From positions 3,661 through 67,660 of the forward strand of contig JBGQNR010000005.1 of the NCBI GenBank assembly GCA_041501225.1: a DNA stretch of 64,000 nucleotides, in the 5' to 3' direction. Source of the stretch: Acidobacteriota bacterium (GTDB lineage: Bacteria; Acidobacteriota; UBA6911). The first letter of the stretch is position 1. Each line of letters opens with the position of its first letter. Under the pieces are notes generated by a model. That model did no database searches, was not told the origin of the DNA, and worked only from the letters and a program-made list of their open reading frames with translations. Below, piece after piece: positions 8,167 to 17,627 of this stretch. Both the position numbers and the translations under genes were made by a program.

Positions 8167-9054
8167 TTATTTTCTGCCGCCACGCTGAGCGGCAGCTATG
8201 AATGGGGTGTCCCAGAGAGTGATCATGCTACCGCCGGCATCAACCGCGATCAGGCCGGCGGATGCGGCCGCCAGGGTTTCGATTTCCGCCATTACGGCCT
8301 GCCCCGCCGCCTCGAGCGATTTGCCGTCGTTCATCAGGTCGCATAATCGCTTGGCCGACAGCAGTACCATGATGCGCTCGCCCACACCCGTAAGCGAAAC
8401 CGCTGCTTTGGGCGTGCAATAGGTTCCTGCCCCGATGATCGGAGAATCCCCGACGCGGCCGGGATAGCACTGCCCGGTGCCCCCGGTGGACGTTCCGGCC
8501 GCCAGGCTGCCGCCGGCATCCAGGGCGACGCAACCCACGGTCCCGAGGCGTGGATGACCGTTTTTCCAATCTCTGCCCATCTGCTCGTAGTCGAGCTCCA
8601 GGCACGCCTGGGTCATGTGCTGTTGCCAGTAAGCGATTTTTTGCGGCGTGGCCACGACACCTGACTCATGGCCGAGCTTGAGCCCAAGCTGGGTAGCCTC
8701 GATGCCGCATAGCATGACGTGCGCGTCGCACTCGAGGATGTAGCGCGCCAGCCGGATCGGATTCTTGAGTCCGGGAACCTGGGCCACGGCACCTGCCCGC
8801 CCGTCGCTCGCCATGAGACTCGCATCCATCCGGGCCACGCCATCTGCCTGGAGATAGCTCCCTGTGCCGGCATTCAGCACCGGCTCGTCCTCGAGCCTGC
8901 GGATTGCGGCCTCCACTGCATCCAGCGCACTTCCCCCCGCTTCCAAGACCTTCCACCCCTCATCGGCGGCCCTGTTGCAAGCGGCTTCACGCAGTGCCTT
9001 TTCATCAGCAGAAACAGCGGCACAGCCACCATGCACGACCACAGTTGGCTTCAT
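8167..9054 (-). CDS. isoaspartyl peptidase / L-asparaginase (Ntn hydrolase)
   Basis: HGGCAAV...LNAGTGSYL...the autoproteolytic site GTVGCVALDAGGSLAAGTSTGG...GDSPIIGAGTY. Confidence 0.85.
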   Translation of the reverse strand: MKPTVVVHGGCAAVSADEKALREAACNRAADEGWKVLEAGGSALDAVEAAIRRLEDEPVLNAGTGSYLQADGVARMDASLMASDGRAGAVAQVPGLKNPIRLARYILECDAHVMLCGIEATQLGLKLGHESGVVATPQKIAYWQQHMTQACLELDYEQMGRDWKNGHPRLGTVGCVALDAGGSLAAGTSTGGTGQCYPGRVGDSPIIGAGTYCTPKAAVSLTGVGERIMVLLSAKRLCDLMNDGKSLEAAGQAVMAEIETLAAASAGLIAVDAGGSMITLWDTPFIAAAQRGGRK

Positions 9055-9133
9055 ACTTCATTCCCCCAAATCTCGGCTTACAGCCCCGATTGAGTGATGA
9101 GTTACGACTCATCACTCTCCCGGGGATTGCGGA

Positions 9134-11302
9134 TTACATCTCTATCAATCCTACCGCTTTTAATTGTTCAAGGTAGTTTAAGACGTCCTGGAGGTCGGTC
9201 TTCGTCTGATATTGGGCGTCGAGCATGTTCTTGATGTCGAGCGCGCTGTGCAGGCCGTTGATCAGCAGCTGCAGCTCGCCGGTATTCAGCCTGCCCTTGA
9301 TGGGGTATTTCGCACGCGCCGCGTCGTAGGCTTCCTTGATTTTGACTTCCACGGGAGTCGGAGTCGCGCCTGGCGCTGCGGGACCAGCGGGTGGCATATA
9401 ATATAGATATCCGCGCTGCCCCCTCTCCTTCACCCTGGCTGTAGGTTTGGGGATGATCTTGGCCGCCTGCTTCTCGAGGTCGGTCAGCTGGAGGACGAGG
9501 GCAGCGGCGTTGAGCCTCCGGGCCACCGCCTTCATGTGGTTTTCGAGGGCGTTGAATTCCGCCTTGCCGATGTCATCGATAGACTTCTGCATGGCAAGCA
9601 CGTAGTCGCCGACCGACTTCTTGTCCGCCGCCAGCTGATTGATGGTGGCAAGCGTATCCTTTTCATTGATGACCGCTGCCGAAATATATGCGCGGCCGGA
9701 CTTGTACGCTTCGGCAAAGTTCTCCGATGTCGCCTTATTCAGTTCCTCCAGACCACGCACCAGCTGGTGGCCCAGACGGCTCGTACCGTTGCTGGTGATC
9801 TCGCCGGCCATCTTCATCGCCATATGGTCGTCGGCGCTCGCGATGGTGTAAGCGGCGGCCGCCGCGATGATGGTCACCCGTTTCATCTGTGTGGCATCGG
9901 ACTTGTCGACATGGTCACCCGAGGTGTGATACCAGCGGTCGGGCCAGGCAATCATCATGATGCCCGGCACACCCACGCCCCAGTCGTTGAACACGGTGTG
10001 ATCGGAAGAGCCATAGTAGGTTTCGATGCTGTAAAGGAAAGGCTCATCGGCTCCGGTCGGCGCCACAATGCGACGCGTCTGCGCGGTAAAATTGCCGCGG
10101 TTCTGAAGGTGCTCCCGATCGGCCTCGCCGACATAACGATAGTAATTCTCCATCACATCGTTGATGTAGTGAGGATTGCCATATGTAGTGCGCATCAGGC
10201 AGAAGAAGGACTGGTTCTTGCTCAACCATTCACCGACCATGTCCAGGTTGATGTCGCACAGGGTCTTGGCCATGATCTCCTTGTGGTCTTTGGCCCAGGC
10301 GCCGGTACCCGACATCTCGGGACCCATGATGAAGCGGATGGTGCGCTTCGGGCGCGGGATGCGGTTCTCTTTGATCAGCGTGTTCAGCACCCGCGCCATC
10401 TCCATGAGGGCGGCGCAACCCGAAATGTCGTCGTTGCCCCCCTGCTTGACATAACCTTCGAACAAATGGGCGGAAAAGATGATCTCGTTTCCGTTCGGGT
10501 CGGTGCCGGGAATATAGGCGACCACATTCTGCATATCCGTGGGCACAGTTTCGGAGACAACCTGTGCGCGCACCTTGATTTTCTGACCGGCCAAAAGGCG
10601 CTTCTTCAGATAGTCGCCATCCCGCGGTGGGATCTGGAATCCAAATTTCATCGAATTTGTGGTCGCCGCACCGCCTCCTCTGCCGCCGATCGATGCCCAG
10701 TTGAGCTGCATCGGATCAAAGTAGGGGCGGCTGTTGCCGATTCCAATCACACCCACAACGCCGGTGCTACCCAATCCCCCCATCGATCCATCCGTGACCG
10801 CAATCTTGTCTTTCAGGTCTTTGCCCTGGCGATCTTCCGGTCTTCCCGAACCCACCCAAACCAGCTCACCCGTCACGTCGCATGTGACGCTGCCGGATGC
10901 GAGCATCGCCGTCATGTCAAAATAGGATGCCAATTTCTCATGGCCGGGTTCGACCTCCCATAGTTCGCCCTTGATGCCGTTCCATGCAGTTCCACCCGGA
11001 TAACGGGCCACTTCGGCGCCAGGAATGCCGTATTCCTTGAATTTGTCCAGGTAGTACTTGGTTTCGTGAAACATCGTGGACGGCCCATACTCTGACGCCG
11101 GGCGGATATGGTCGTAGCCGCCGGTCTCCATAATTGCGTGTATGGCGTTTTCCCCGGATGACTCACCGATGATTTCGTCCATAATGTTCGACGGCAGGAA
11201 CGTCCACTGCAGCCACGGCGTCATCTGCGCCAGAGCCATCACGCCGAGAAACAGGATCGTAACCAGCGACAGAAGAAGGGTTCGCTTTGCCATATGCATC
11301 AC
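9134..11302 (-). CDS. secreted M28-family metallopeptidase with long C-terminal helical extension
   Basis: Signal peptide MAKRTLLLSLVTILFLGVMALA. The M28 core is FSAHLFEGYVKQGGNDDISGCAALMEMARVL...FIMGPEMSGTGAW...GSSDHTVF. A 475-aa antisense ORF opposite it is a shadow. Confidence 0.8.
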   Translation of the reverse strand: MMHMAKRTLLLSLVTILFLGVMALAQMTPWLQWTFLPSNIMDEIIGESSGENAIHAIMETGGYDHIRPASEYGPSTMFHETKYYLDKFKEYGIPGAEVARYPGGTAWNGIKGELWEVEPGHEKLASYFDMTAMLASGSVTCDVTGELVWVGSGRPEDRQGKDLKDKIAVTDGSMGGLGSTGVVGVIGIGNSRPYFDPMQLNWASIGGRGGGAATTNSMKFGFQIPPRDGDYLKKRLLAGQKIKVRAQVVSETVPTDMQNVVAYIPGTDPNGNEIIFSAHLFEGYVKQGGNDDISGCAALMEMARVLNTLIKENRIPRPKRTIRFIMGPEMSGTGAWAKDHKEIMAKTLCDINLDMVGEWLSKNQSFFCLMRTTYGNPHYINDVMENYYRYVGEADREHLQNRGNFTAQTRRIVAPTGADEPFLYSIETYYGSSDHTVFNDWGVGVPGIMMIAWPDRWYHTSGDHVDKSDATQMKRVTIIAAAAAYTIASADDHMAMKMAGEITSNGTSRLGHQLVRGLEELNKATSENFAEAYKSGRAYISAAVINEKDTLATINQLAADKKSVGDYVLAMQKSIDDIGKAEFNALENHMKAVARRLNAAALVLQLTDLEKQAAKIIPKPTARVKERGQRGYLYYMPPAGPAAPGATPTPVEVKIKEAYDAARAKYPIKGRLNTGELQLLINGLHSALDIKNMLDAQYQTKTDLQDVLNYLEQLKAVGLIEM

Positions 11303-11473
11303 CTCATGACATCTTGGATGGGCTGTGCTATGTATGACCTTTAAAAGACGGCATAGTTTAATCGAATTCCATAATAATTGCGACGAAGACGTAATTAAAA
11401 TTTCATTTCAGGCAGGGGAGAAAGAGCCTGGCCACAAATGGCACGGCGCGGCCAAGCCGCAGACAAACAATCT

Positions 11474-11540
11474 CACCGTGAAGACCGCAAAGACCTCAAA
11501 GAATTGCAGTTATTCTTCTTCGCGGTCTTCGAGGTCTTGA
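11474..11540. repeat. word-built imperfect inverted repeat (GAAGACC/GCAAAGACC/TCAAAG words)
   Basis: caccgtgaagaccgcaaagacctcaaagaat / attcttcttcgcggtcttcgaggtcttga. The same words occur inside MITE family B (31975.., 32190.., 61200.., 61330..). Confidence 0.5.
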
Positions 11541-11570
11541 CCGTTCGATGTCTGCAAAGGAGGGGTGGCA

Positions 11571-12731
11571 ATGCGGGAAGAGCTGAGCGGTGAAGCGCTG
11601 GCGGCTTTGGTCGAGCGGGTCTTCAAGTTGCGGGCTTCTGACCGTGCGCTGGCGGTGCTGGTTGATTTGCCCGATCGCCTGCGTGGCGATAGTACCGAGT
11701 GGCGGGAGCGCCGCGAAATGGCTGCACAATGGGTGCGCAGGCTCCTTCCTTTCCAGCAGCGGTTGAGGCTCGAAGTTCATCTGTACCTGTATCGCAACGT
11801 GCGGACCAACAATGCCGATCTCCCGCGCGGCGCCTGGCTGCACGCTGAAGGGCCGTTGCCCGGAACCGCGGATGAACTTGATCCGCTAACAGAGCAGCCG
11901 TTCGCGGACATCTTTCGCGCGCACAGCGTTCTGATGGCCGTCACCGAACTCTCGGCTACTGCGCCCCTCAAACTCATGGCCAAGACCTTCGGATTCCGCG
12001 CCGCTACCATGCCCGGTTTCTCGCCGGCAATGATTCCTTCCCTGCGCCTTGACTATGAGGAGATCAATCACCGGGTCACCAGACTCAAGGAATGGCTCGA
12101 CCGCTCGGAGGGAGCCGACCTGGTCTTCCAGGTGGAAGCCGGCCCTGAGTGCAAGCTGTTCCTGGATCTGCGCCATCGGACCGGCCACGCCTCGGGCGGC
12201 CTGCTTCACGATCCCGGCACGGCGGGCAACCTACCTTCCGGCGAAGCCTACATCGTGCCGTATGAGGGGGAAATTACGGGCACTCCGAGCGCCTCAGCCG
12301 GACAGTTGCCGGTGCAGTTCGGCAGTGAAGTGGTCATTTATGACATCCGCGAGAACAACGCGGTAAAAGCCGGAGGCACGGGCGCAGCCGCGCGCCGCGA
12401 GGCGGATTACCTCGCGCGCGAACCTGCGTATGGAAATATCGCCGAACTGGGTCTCGGCGTGCTAGCGGACTTCGGCGTAAAACCCTGCGGGTCGCTCCTG
12501 TTGGATGAAAAGCTGGGTCTGCACATCGCCTTTGGACGCAGCGATCACTTCGGCGGCCGCGTGGGCGCTGCCCAATTCACCCGGCCTGAGGAGGTGGTGC
12601 ACATCGATCGCGTGTACCTGCCGTCCGTGCAACCCATGGTGCATGTGCGCCGCGTCGACCTGCGCGGACCGGGATTTGAAATCCCCTTGATGCGCGACGA
12701 CCATTTCATCATCGATTTCGGGATCTCTTAG
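11571..12731 (+). CDS. hypothetical protein (weak resemblance to M29/aminopeptidase-T-like enzymes)
   Basis: Long ORF with RBS aaggagggg 5 nt before the ATG at 11571. Motifs GEAYIVPYEGE and EKLGLHIAFGRSDHFGG are reminiscent of aminopeptidase T-like proteins, but I cannot confirm this. Confidence 0.55.
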   Translation: MREELSGEALAALVERVFKLRASDRALAVLVDLPDRLRGDSTEWRERREMAAQWVRRLLPFQQRLRLEVHLYLYRNVRTNNADLPRGAWLHAEGPLPGTADELDPLTEQPFADIFRAHSVLMAVTELSATAPLKLMAKTFGFRAATMPGFSPAMIPSLRLDYEEINHRVTRLKEWLDRSEGADLVFQVEAGPECKLFLDLRHRTGHASGGLLHDPGTAGNLPSGEAYIVPYEGEITGTPSASAGQLPVQFGSEVVIYDIRENNAVKAGGTGAAARREADYLAREPAYGNIAELGLGVLADFGVKPCGSLLLDEKLGLHIAFGRSDHFGGRVGAAQFTRPEEVVHIDRVYLPSVQPMVHVRRVDLRGPGFEIPLMRDDHFIIDFGIS

Positions 12732-12743
12732 ACAAACCACGAT

Positions 12744-12888
12744 GGAATATACGCAACCTAAAAATCTCAACGCAGAGGGCGCAGAGACCGCAGAGCACTT
12801 TTAGTTTTTGAATGACTTCTCTCTGCGACCTCCGCGTTGATCTTTTGCTTTTCTTTGCTTTACGCAAAGATTTATACGTAAGTAGTAC
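12744..12888 (+). mobile_element. MITE-like repeat family A, copy A
   Basis: ~145 bp aligning end to end with 16293..16429. It has an internal inverted repeat tcaacgcagagggcgcagagaccgcagag / ctctctgcgacctccgcgttga, then ttttgcttttctttgctttacgcaaagatttatacgtaagtagtac. Confidence 0.7.
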
Positions 12889-12923
12889 GAAACACACCAA
12901 AGAGGTTTGATATATTTACGAAC

Positions 12924-13706
12924 ATGATTCCTGTTGCATTGACGATCGCCGGGTCTGACCCATCGGGGGGCGCTGGGATTCAGGCCGACATCAAGACTTT
13001 TCATCAGCTTGGCGTTTACGCCACCAGCGTCCTGACGTTGGTGACCGTGCAAAACACGCAGAGCGTCAAAGCCGTGGAGGTGTTGTCCGCAGAGTTGGTG
13101 GGCGCCCAGCTTGAGGCCGTGATTGAAGATATTCCTCCGCAGGCCGCAAAAACCGGAGCTCTTGGCGATGATCGCATCATTTCTGAAATCGCGCGCCGCG
13201 CCTCCGCTTTCACCTTTCCGCTCGTCGTAGATCCCGTCATGATCAGCAAGCACGGGCTGCCTTTGATGACCGAGCGCGCTCGCGCAATCCTGGCGGCAGA
13301 GCTTCTCCCCCATGCATATCTGGTCACTCCCAATGTGCATGAAGCCTCGGTGCTCGCGGGCATGCCGATAAGGGATGTTTCCGACATGGAAGAGGCCGCA
13401 CGCCGCATCGTCAAGCTCGGCGCTGCAGCCGCTCTGGTGAAAGGAGGACACCTCGCAGGGGACGCTATCGATGTGCTCTTCTGGAAGGATGAGATGCGGC
13501 GTTTTTCATCCCCTCGCATCGAGACCCGGCACACCCATGGAACCGGGTGCACCTATTCCGCCGCCATCACCGCCGGACTGGCGCAGGGTCTGCCTTTGCT
13601 CCAAGCCATCGAAAGAGCCAAAAAATTCATTTTCCTGGCCATCCAGTCACACCCGGGCCTCGGCCATGGATGCGGTCCCGTCAACCATTTCATCGAAATT
13701 CGGTAA
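12924..13706 (+). CDS. thiD: hydroxymethylpyrimidine/phosphomethylpyrimidine kinase
   Basis: ALTIAGSDPSGGAGIQADIKTFHQLGVYATSVLTLVTVQNT...VVDPVMISKHG...HTHGTGCTYSAAITAGLAQG. Confidence 0.9.
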   Translation: MIPVALTIAGSDPSGGAGIQADIKTFHQLGVYATSVLTLVTVQNTQSVKAVEVLSAELVGAQLEAVIEDIPPQAAKTGALGDDRIISEIARRASAFTFPLVVDPVMISKHGLPLMTERARAILAAELLPHAYLVTPNVHEASVLAGMPIRDVSDMEEAARRIVKLGAAAALVKGGHLAGDAIDVLFWKDEMRRFSSPRIETRHTHGTGCTYSAAITAGLAQGLPLLQAIERAKKFIFLAIQSHPGLGHGCGPVNHFIEIR

Positions 13707-13735
13707 TATTGGCCTGTTTCGAGCAAGTGGATGGA

Positions 13736-13808
13736 ATTGACGATTTACGATTGACGAATGGAGTACCGTCGGATCCGCGTTAATCGTCAATCGTAAATAG
13801 TCAATCAT
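13736..13808. repeat. word-built inverted repeat (CAATCGT words)
   Basis: attgacgatttacgattgacgaat (13736..13759) versus ttaatcgtcaatcgtaaatagtcaatcat (13780..13808). Confidence 0.55.
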
Positions 13809-13891
13809 CCGGCGCGACTATCCCGAAATTCCCGAGTGAGTTCTGGTATTCTTATGCACTTTATGGATCAAGCATAAATCAGGAGCTTATC

Positions 13892-14737
13892 ATGGATGAT
13901 GCCAACTATCCGCCGAAGGACCTCGCACCTCATAAAGCGTATCAGAACCTGCGCTTCCTCAAGAGCAAGGATGCACGACTCATCAGGATCCTGAGCGAGT
14001 ATCTCGAACCTGCCGCGCGACTGAAATGGCAGCAGGTGGAAGATACCATCGTGTTTTTTGGTTCCGCCCGTTCGGTCCCTCTCGAAGAATCGCAGGCCCG
14101 TCTGGATCTTCTTAAGAAACAGCTCGACTCGGGTAAGGATCCGGGCCCGTCTCTGAAGGAGGAGATTTCCCGCGCCGAGCAGCGGGTCAAGATGTCGCGC
14201 TATTATGAAGATGCCGTCGTGCTCGCGCGGCTGGTAACCCAATGGTCCAGGACCTTAAGCAGCGGCCCGAAGCGCCTCATGGTCTGCTCCGGCGCCGGCC
14301 CGGGGATTATGGAAGCTGCAAATCGCGGCGCCAGCCAGGCCGGGGAGCAGTCGATAGGCTTTTCGATCAGCCTGCCCATGGAACAGCGCATTAATCCTTT
14401 TGTTCCACCCGAGCTGGCCTTCCAGTTCCACTACTTTTTCATGAGGAAATTCTGGTTCATTTACCTTGCCAAGGCGCTGGTGATTTTCCCAGGAGGATTC
14501 GGGACGCTGGACGAGGCTTTCGAGGTATTGACGCTGGTGCAGACCCAGAAAACTCGCAAGAGAATGCCGGTTCTGATGTACGGCTCCGAGTACTGGAACG
14601 AAGTCCTGAATTTTGATGCCATGGTTCGTTGGGGAACCATTGCGCACGACGATCTGTCCCTGATTCATCGCTCCAACGATCCCGAGGAAGCCTTCGCATA
14701 TCTGAAGACCGAATTGAGCAGGATTTGGAATCTGTAG
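13892..14737 (+). CDS. LOG-family / TIGR00730 Rossmann-fold nucleotide-binding protein
   Basis: [18 protein letters not shown]...and [21 protein letters not shown] are hallmark LOG-family motifs. Confidence 0.8.
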   Translation: MDDANYPPKDLAPHKAYQNLRFLKSKDARLIRILSEYLEPAARLKWQQVEDTIVFFGSARSVPLEESQARLDLLKKQLDSGKDPGPSLKEEISRAEQRVKMSRYYEDAVVLARLVTQWSRTLSSGPKRLMVCSGAGPGIMEAANRGASQAGEQSIGFSISLPMEQRINPFVPPELAFQFHYFFMRKFWFIYLAKALVIFPGGFGTLDEAFEVLTLVQTQKTRKRMPVLMYGSEYWNEVLNFDAMVRWGTIAHDDLSLIHRSNDPEEAFAYLKTELSRIWNL

Positions 14738-14748
14738 GAGGAGGAGAC

Positions 14749-14901
14749 GGAATTTAGAATCCAGAATACGGAATTCAGAATAAAAACAGCAGGGTGAACA
14801 TCAATACAGGTTGTTGCGAAGGGCAGATTTACTCCAGAGATTTGCTCCATCTTTTGACTCCTGCCTCCTGTATTCTCAATTCTGTATTCTGTATTCTTTC
14901 C
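14749..14901. repeat. word-built inverted repeat (GAATACAGAATTCAGAA words) with ~75-nt spacer
   Basis: ggaatttagaatccagaatacggaattcagaataaaaacag (14749..14789) versus ctcctgtattctcaattctgtattctgtattctttcc (14865..14901). It uses the same word set as 5951..6056. Confidence 0.55.
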
Positions 14902-14905
14902 AATT

Positions 14906-16246
14906 ATGAACAGCTTTCTTCTCGAGCGCCAATATCCGGAACCGCCGCCTTCGGCGAAGGACCATCGACACCCCACGGAGCGGGATTGCGACCGCATCTT
15001 GCACAGCTCTGCATTTCGCAGGCTCCAGGGCAAGACCCAGGTCTTTGGCATCGGCCAGGCGGATTTCTATCGCACTCGGTTAACGCACAGCATTGAAGCG
15101 GCTCAGCTCGCCCGCGCCATTGCCAACAACATGCTGGTGGAAGAGCCGGCGTTGGAAAGCTGCCTGACTTCCGAACTCGCAGAAGCGGTAGCCCTCGCGC
15201 ATGATCTCGGGCATCCGCCCTTCGGTCATGCGGGGGAAAGAACCCTGGATGCTTGCATGAGGGATGTCAGTGCGCGCGCCCGTCTGAAGGGCAAAGGAGC
15301 GCTGCGCTTCGAGGGCAACGCACAGACGTTCCATGTGCTGGTGGCCGCCGAGCCGAAATCGCCGGCCTTTCCTGGATTGAATCTGACGCGCGCGACCCTG
15401 GCGGGCGTCATGAAGTACCCCTATGAGCAGGACACCGGAAATGACAAGTTCATTTTCACTCTCGATGGGGAAACTGCCCGGTGGGCACTTCGCGATGGCG
15501 GATATCTGGTCACGGCGAAGCAGATGGATAAAGGATTGCAGCCGCAGACGTCCATTGTCTGCCAAATCCTGGATTGGGCCGACGATTGCGCTTACTCCAT
15601 TCACGACATCGAAGACGCGCTGCAAGCCCAATTTCTGCGGCCCGGGGATCTCACGGATGCCCGCTTCGCTCAGCGCGTGCTGCAGCATTATGAGGAAACC
15701 CGCGAAAGCGAAGCAGTTCCGCGGCTGGCCCTGAACGAAATCCGCGAGCAGCTGCGCGCGCTGAAGCGGCGCATACGCCCCCCGGAAAGCGGGGACGAGC
15801 GGGCCCATCGCAAGGAGGCGCTCCGGAACATTCTCAACGAACTGGTCACCGAGGTTACGGTGCGGCCGCGGTCCGGCGTGCAGCGATCCGACTACGCCTG
15901 GTCTCTGATCGTGCCGGTTGAATCCAGAATACTATCGGCTCTGTGCAAATCCGTCATTTGGGAAGCGGTGATCACCGATCCGCGCGTCGCGGCGATGACC
16001 ACCAAAGGGAAAGAGATCCTCCACGACTTGTTCTACCTGCTGGTTGGAGAACTGGTGGAGAAAAAGAGCGACGCGGTCTTCCCGCGCTACTATCGGCCGA
16101 TTATCGAGGAGTCGATGGGCAAAGGGGAGGTCGAAGCCGCGCGCGGCGTGTGCAACTTCCTGGCGCTATTGACCGACATGGATGCGCTGCGACTGCACGC
16201 TCTTCTGCGCGGCTCGAAGGCATCTTCCATTTTCGATCTGCTGTAA
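14906..16246 (+). CDS. dgt: dGTPase-like HD-domain triphosphohydrolase
   Basis: ERDCDRILHSSAFRRLQGKTQVF...FYRTRLTHSIEAAQLARAIA...LAHDLGHPPFGHAGE. Confidence 0.85.
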   Translation: MNSFLLERQYPEPPPSAKDHRHPTERDCDRILHSSAFRRLQGKTQVFGIGQADFYRTRLTHSIEAAQLARAIANNMLVEEPALESCLTSELAEAVALAHDLGHPPFGHAGERTLDACMRDVSARARLKGKGALRFEGNAQTFHVLVAAEPKSPAFPGLNLTRATLAGVMKYPYEQDTGNDKFIFTLDGETARWALRDGGYLVTAKQMDKGLQPQTSIVCQILDWADDCAYSIHDIEDALQAQFLRPGDLTDARFAQRVLQHYEETRESEAVPRLALNEIREQLRALKRRIRPPESGDERAHRKEALRNILNELVTEVTVRPRSGVQRSDYAWSLIVPVESRILSALCKSVIWEAVITDPRVAAMTTKGKEILHDLFYLLVGELVEKKSDAVFPRYYRPIIEESMGKGEVEAARGVCNFLALLTDMDALRLHALLRGSKASSIFDLL

Positions 16247-16292
16247 TCATGAATTGCTGTTCCTGTATCGCCAGCCACGAAGAACACGGTGC

Positions 16293-16429
16293 GGAATATG
16301 CGCAACCTAAAAGCCTTAACGCAGAGGCCGCAGAGGATTTTTTGCTTTTGAATGACTTTTCTCTGCGACCTCTGCGTTGATCTTTTGCTTTTCTTTGTTT
16401 TACCGCAAAGATTTGTACGCAAGTAGTAC
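16293..16429 (+). mobile_element. MITE-like repeat family A, copy B
   Basis: Aligns with 12744..12888: ggaatatgcgcaacctaaaagccttaacgcagaggccgcagagg...ctctgcgacctctgcgttgatcttttgcttttctttgttttaccgcaaagatttgtacgcaagtagtac. Confidence 0.7.
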
Positions 16430-16462
16430 CTATTTGTGATCTTCGTGACTGCTTTTGCATGA

Positions 16463-16840
16463 TCAGGCGAGCACGTCGAGGTCGCGCTGCCTGGTGGGCG
16501 GAGGATCATAAGGAGAGCGCGTTTTCTGCGCCGGTCCGGCATTCTGCGCATTTTCGGGATCGGAGTCCTCGGGCGCTGCTTTCCGCGCGCGGCTTTTGTA
16601 CCGGACCCGTTCAATCGTTTCCGGCAATCGCCGGAGAGAGTCCTCCGTTGAGACCGTCGGGTAGGCTCGAATGGCCGGGCGATCCGGCTCATCCGGCAAG
16701 CTTCTCGGCTTGGCTATGGAATCCGAGCCGTCGGGCGTTTGGCCGGCGGAACGTTTGACGGGTTGCGCGGCATTCGCAGGCGAGCGCGACAATGCCTGTG
16801 AAGGGGTTGCGTTTATCGCATCAGTAATGTTCAATGACAT
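16463..16840 (-). CDS. hypothetical low-complexity P/S/A/R-rich protein
   Basis: ATG with aagga 4 nt upstream and no recognisable domain. Competing overlapping ORFs look worse. Coding status is uncertain. Confidence 0.3.
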   Translation of the reverse strand: MSLNITDAINATPSQALSRSPANAAQPVKRSAGQTPDGSDSIAKPRSLPDEPDRPAIRAYPTVSTEDSLRRLPETIERVRYKSRARKAAPEDSDPENAQNAGPAQKTRSPYDPPPTRQRDLDVLA

Positions 16841-16965
16841 ACATCCTTCGGGTTCGACCGGACCAATCTCAATCAGCCAGAATTCTGGCAGGTCGGTGCC
16901 GAGGGGCAGGCGCTTCAGTGGGCATCCTATGTATCGGCAACACCCGGTTGCAGCATTATGAAAAG

Positions 16966-17040
16966 ATTGACGATTGACGATTTACCATGGAGAGGTGAGA
17001 GGTTTTTCAATCGTCAATCGTCAATCGTCAATCGTCAATA
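16966..17040. repeat. word-built inverted repeat (CAATCGT x5), same family as 21092..21155
   Basis: The left arm attgacgattgacgattt, spacer accatggagaggtgagaggttttt and right arm tcaatcgtcaatcgtcaatcgtcaatcgtcaata together parallel the 21092..21155 copy (spacer tccaatgaatggggataggttttt). Confidence 0.65.
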
Positions 17041-17053
17041 TCCTGGGGGAGCT

Positions 17054-17491
17054 ATGCCAGATTCGATCTTTGTGGAAGGGGGAGTATTGGTGCCGGGCGA
17101 TGCACTCGAGGTGCGGGCTGTGCGCGCCTCCGGCCCGGGTGGACAGAATGTCAACAAAGTCTCCACCAAGGTCGAGATGCATGTCGATCTCGACCGCATT
17201 CAGGGAATGGGGGCCGAAAGCCGGCAGCGATTGCTGCACCTGGTGGCAAAACGATTGGACAGCAGCGGCAGGCTGCTGGTGACCAGCCAACGGACGCGCG
17301 ATCAGCAGCGCAACCTGGACGATGCCCGGCGCAAGGTCCACGACTGGATCGTTCAGGCATTGATCAAACCGAAGAAGCGCGTCCCTACACAACCCAAACC
17401 GGTAAGCCGCGAGCGGCGTCTCGAAGCAAAAAAGCGTCACTCGGTGCGCAAGGCGAGCCGGCACATCCCAACCACGGAGATTGAGTACTGA
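17054..17491 (+). CDS. arfB: alternative ribosome-rescue factor ArfB (peptidyl-tRNA hydrolase, RF-1 domain)
   Basis: [19 protein letters not shown] (GGQ motif) plus a basic C-terminal tail [29 protein letters not shown]. The ATG at 17054 was chosen because the upstream 32 codons of the track ORF are the CAATCGT repeat. Confidence 0.85.
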   Translation: MPDSIFVEGGVLVPGDALEVRAVRASGPGGQNVNKVSTKVEMHVDLDRIQGMGAESRQRLLHLVAKRLDSSGRLLVTSQRTRDQQRNLDDARRKVHDWIVQALIKPKKRVPTQPKPVSRERRLEAKKRHSVRKASRHIPTTEIEY

Positions 17492-17596
17492 GTGCTGCGT
17501 AGATGACAATCAAATCTTTGATTGGCACAGGCGGTTTGCATTTATAAGCTCCATTCACCACTCAGTATTCAGCACTCAGCACTCAGTACTGAGTAT
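17480..17596. repeat. word-built inverted repeat (CAGTACTGAGT/CAGCACT words)
   Basis: attgagtactgagtgctg (17480..17497, overlapping the arfB stop) versus cactcagtattcagcactcagcactcagtactgagtat (17559..17596). Confidence 0.55.
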
Positions 17597-17627
17597 GTGT
17601 TATGATCCGCGCGGAGGTATACAGACG

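Noticed and set aside
9536-10963. 475-aa ORF on the plus strand
   Set aside because: It lies entirely antisense to the well-supported M28 peptidase gene. The product is R/G/A/H-rich with no motifs. This is a typical shadow ORF of high-GC DNA.
12709-12900. Small ORFs across repeat family A (also 16090..16692 and 16101..16460)
   Set aside because: Their sequences (..KAKKSKRSTRRSQRE.. / ..QRKAKDQRRGRRE..) are translations of the repeat words and recur wherever the repeat occurs.
12732-12923. TPP riboswitch upstream of thiD
   Set aside because: The interval is occupied by repeat family A. I see no CUGAGA/ACCUGA-type THI-box core.
16958-17053. N-terminal extension of arfB (track start at 16958)
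   Set aside because: The extra 32 codons are a translation of the CAATCGT word repeat (SSIVNRQ...). The ATG at 17054 gives a normal-length ArfB.
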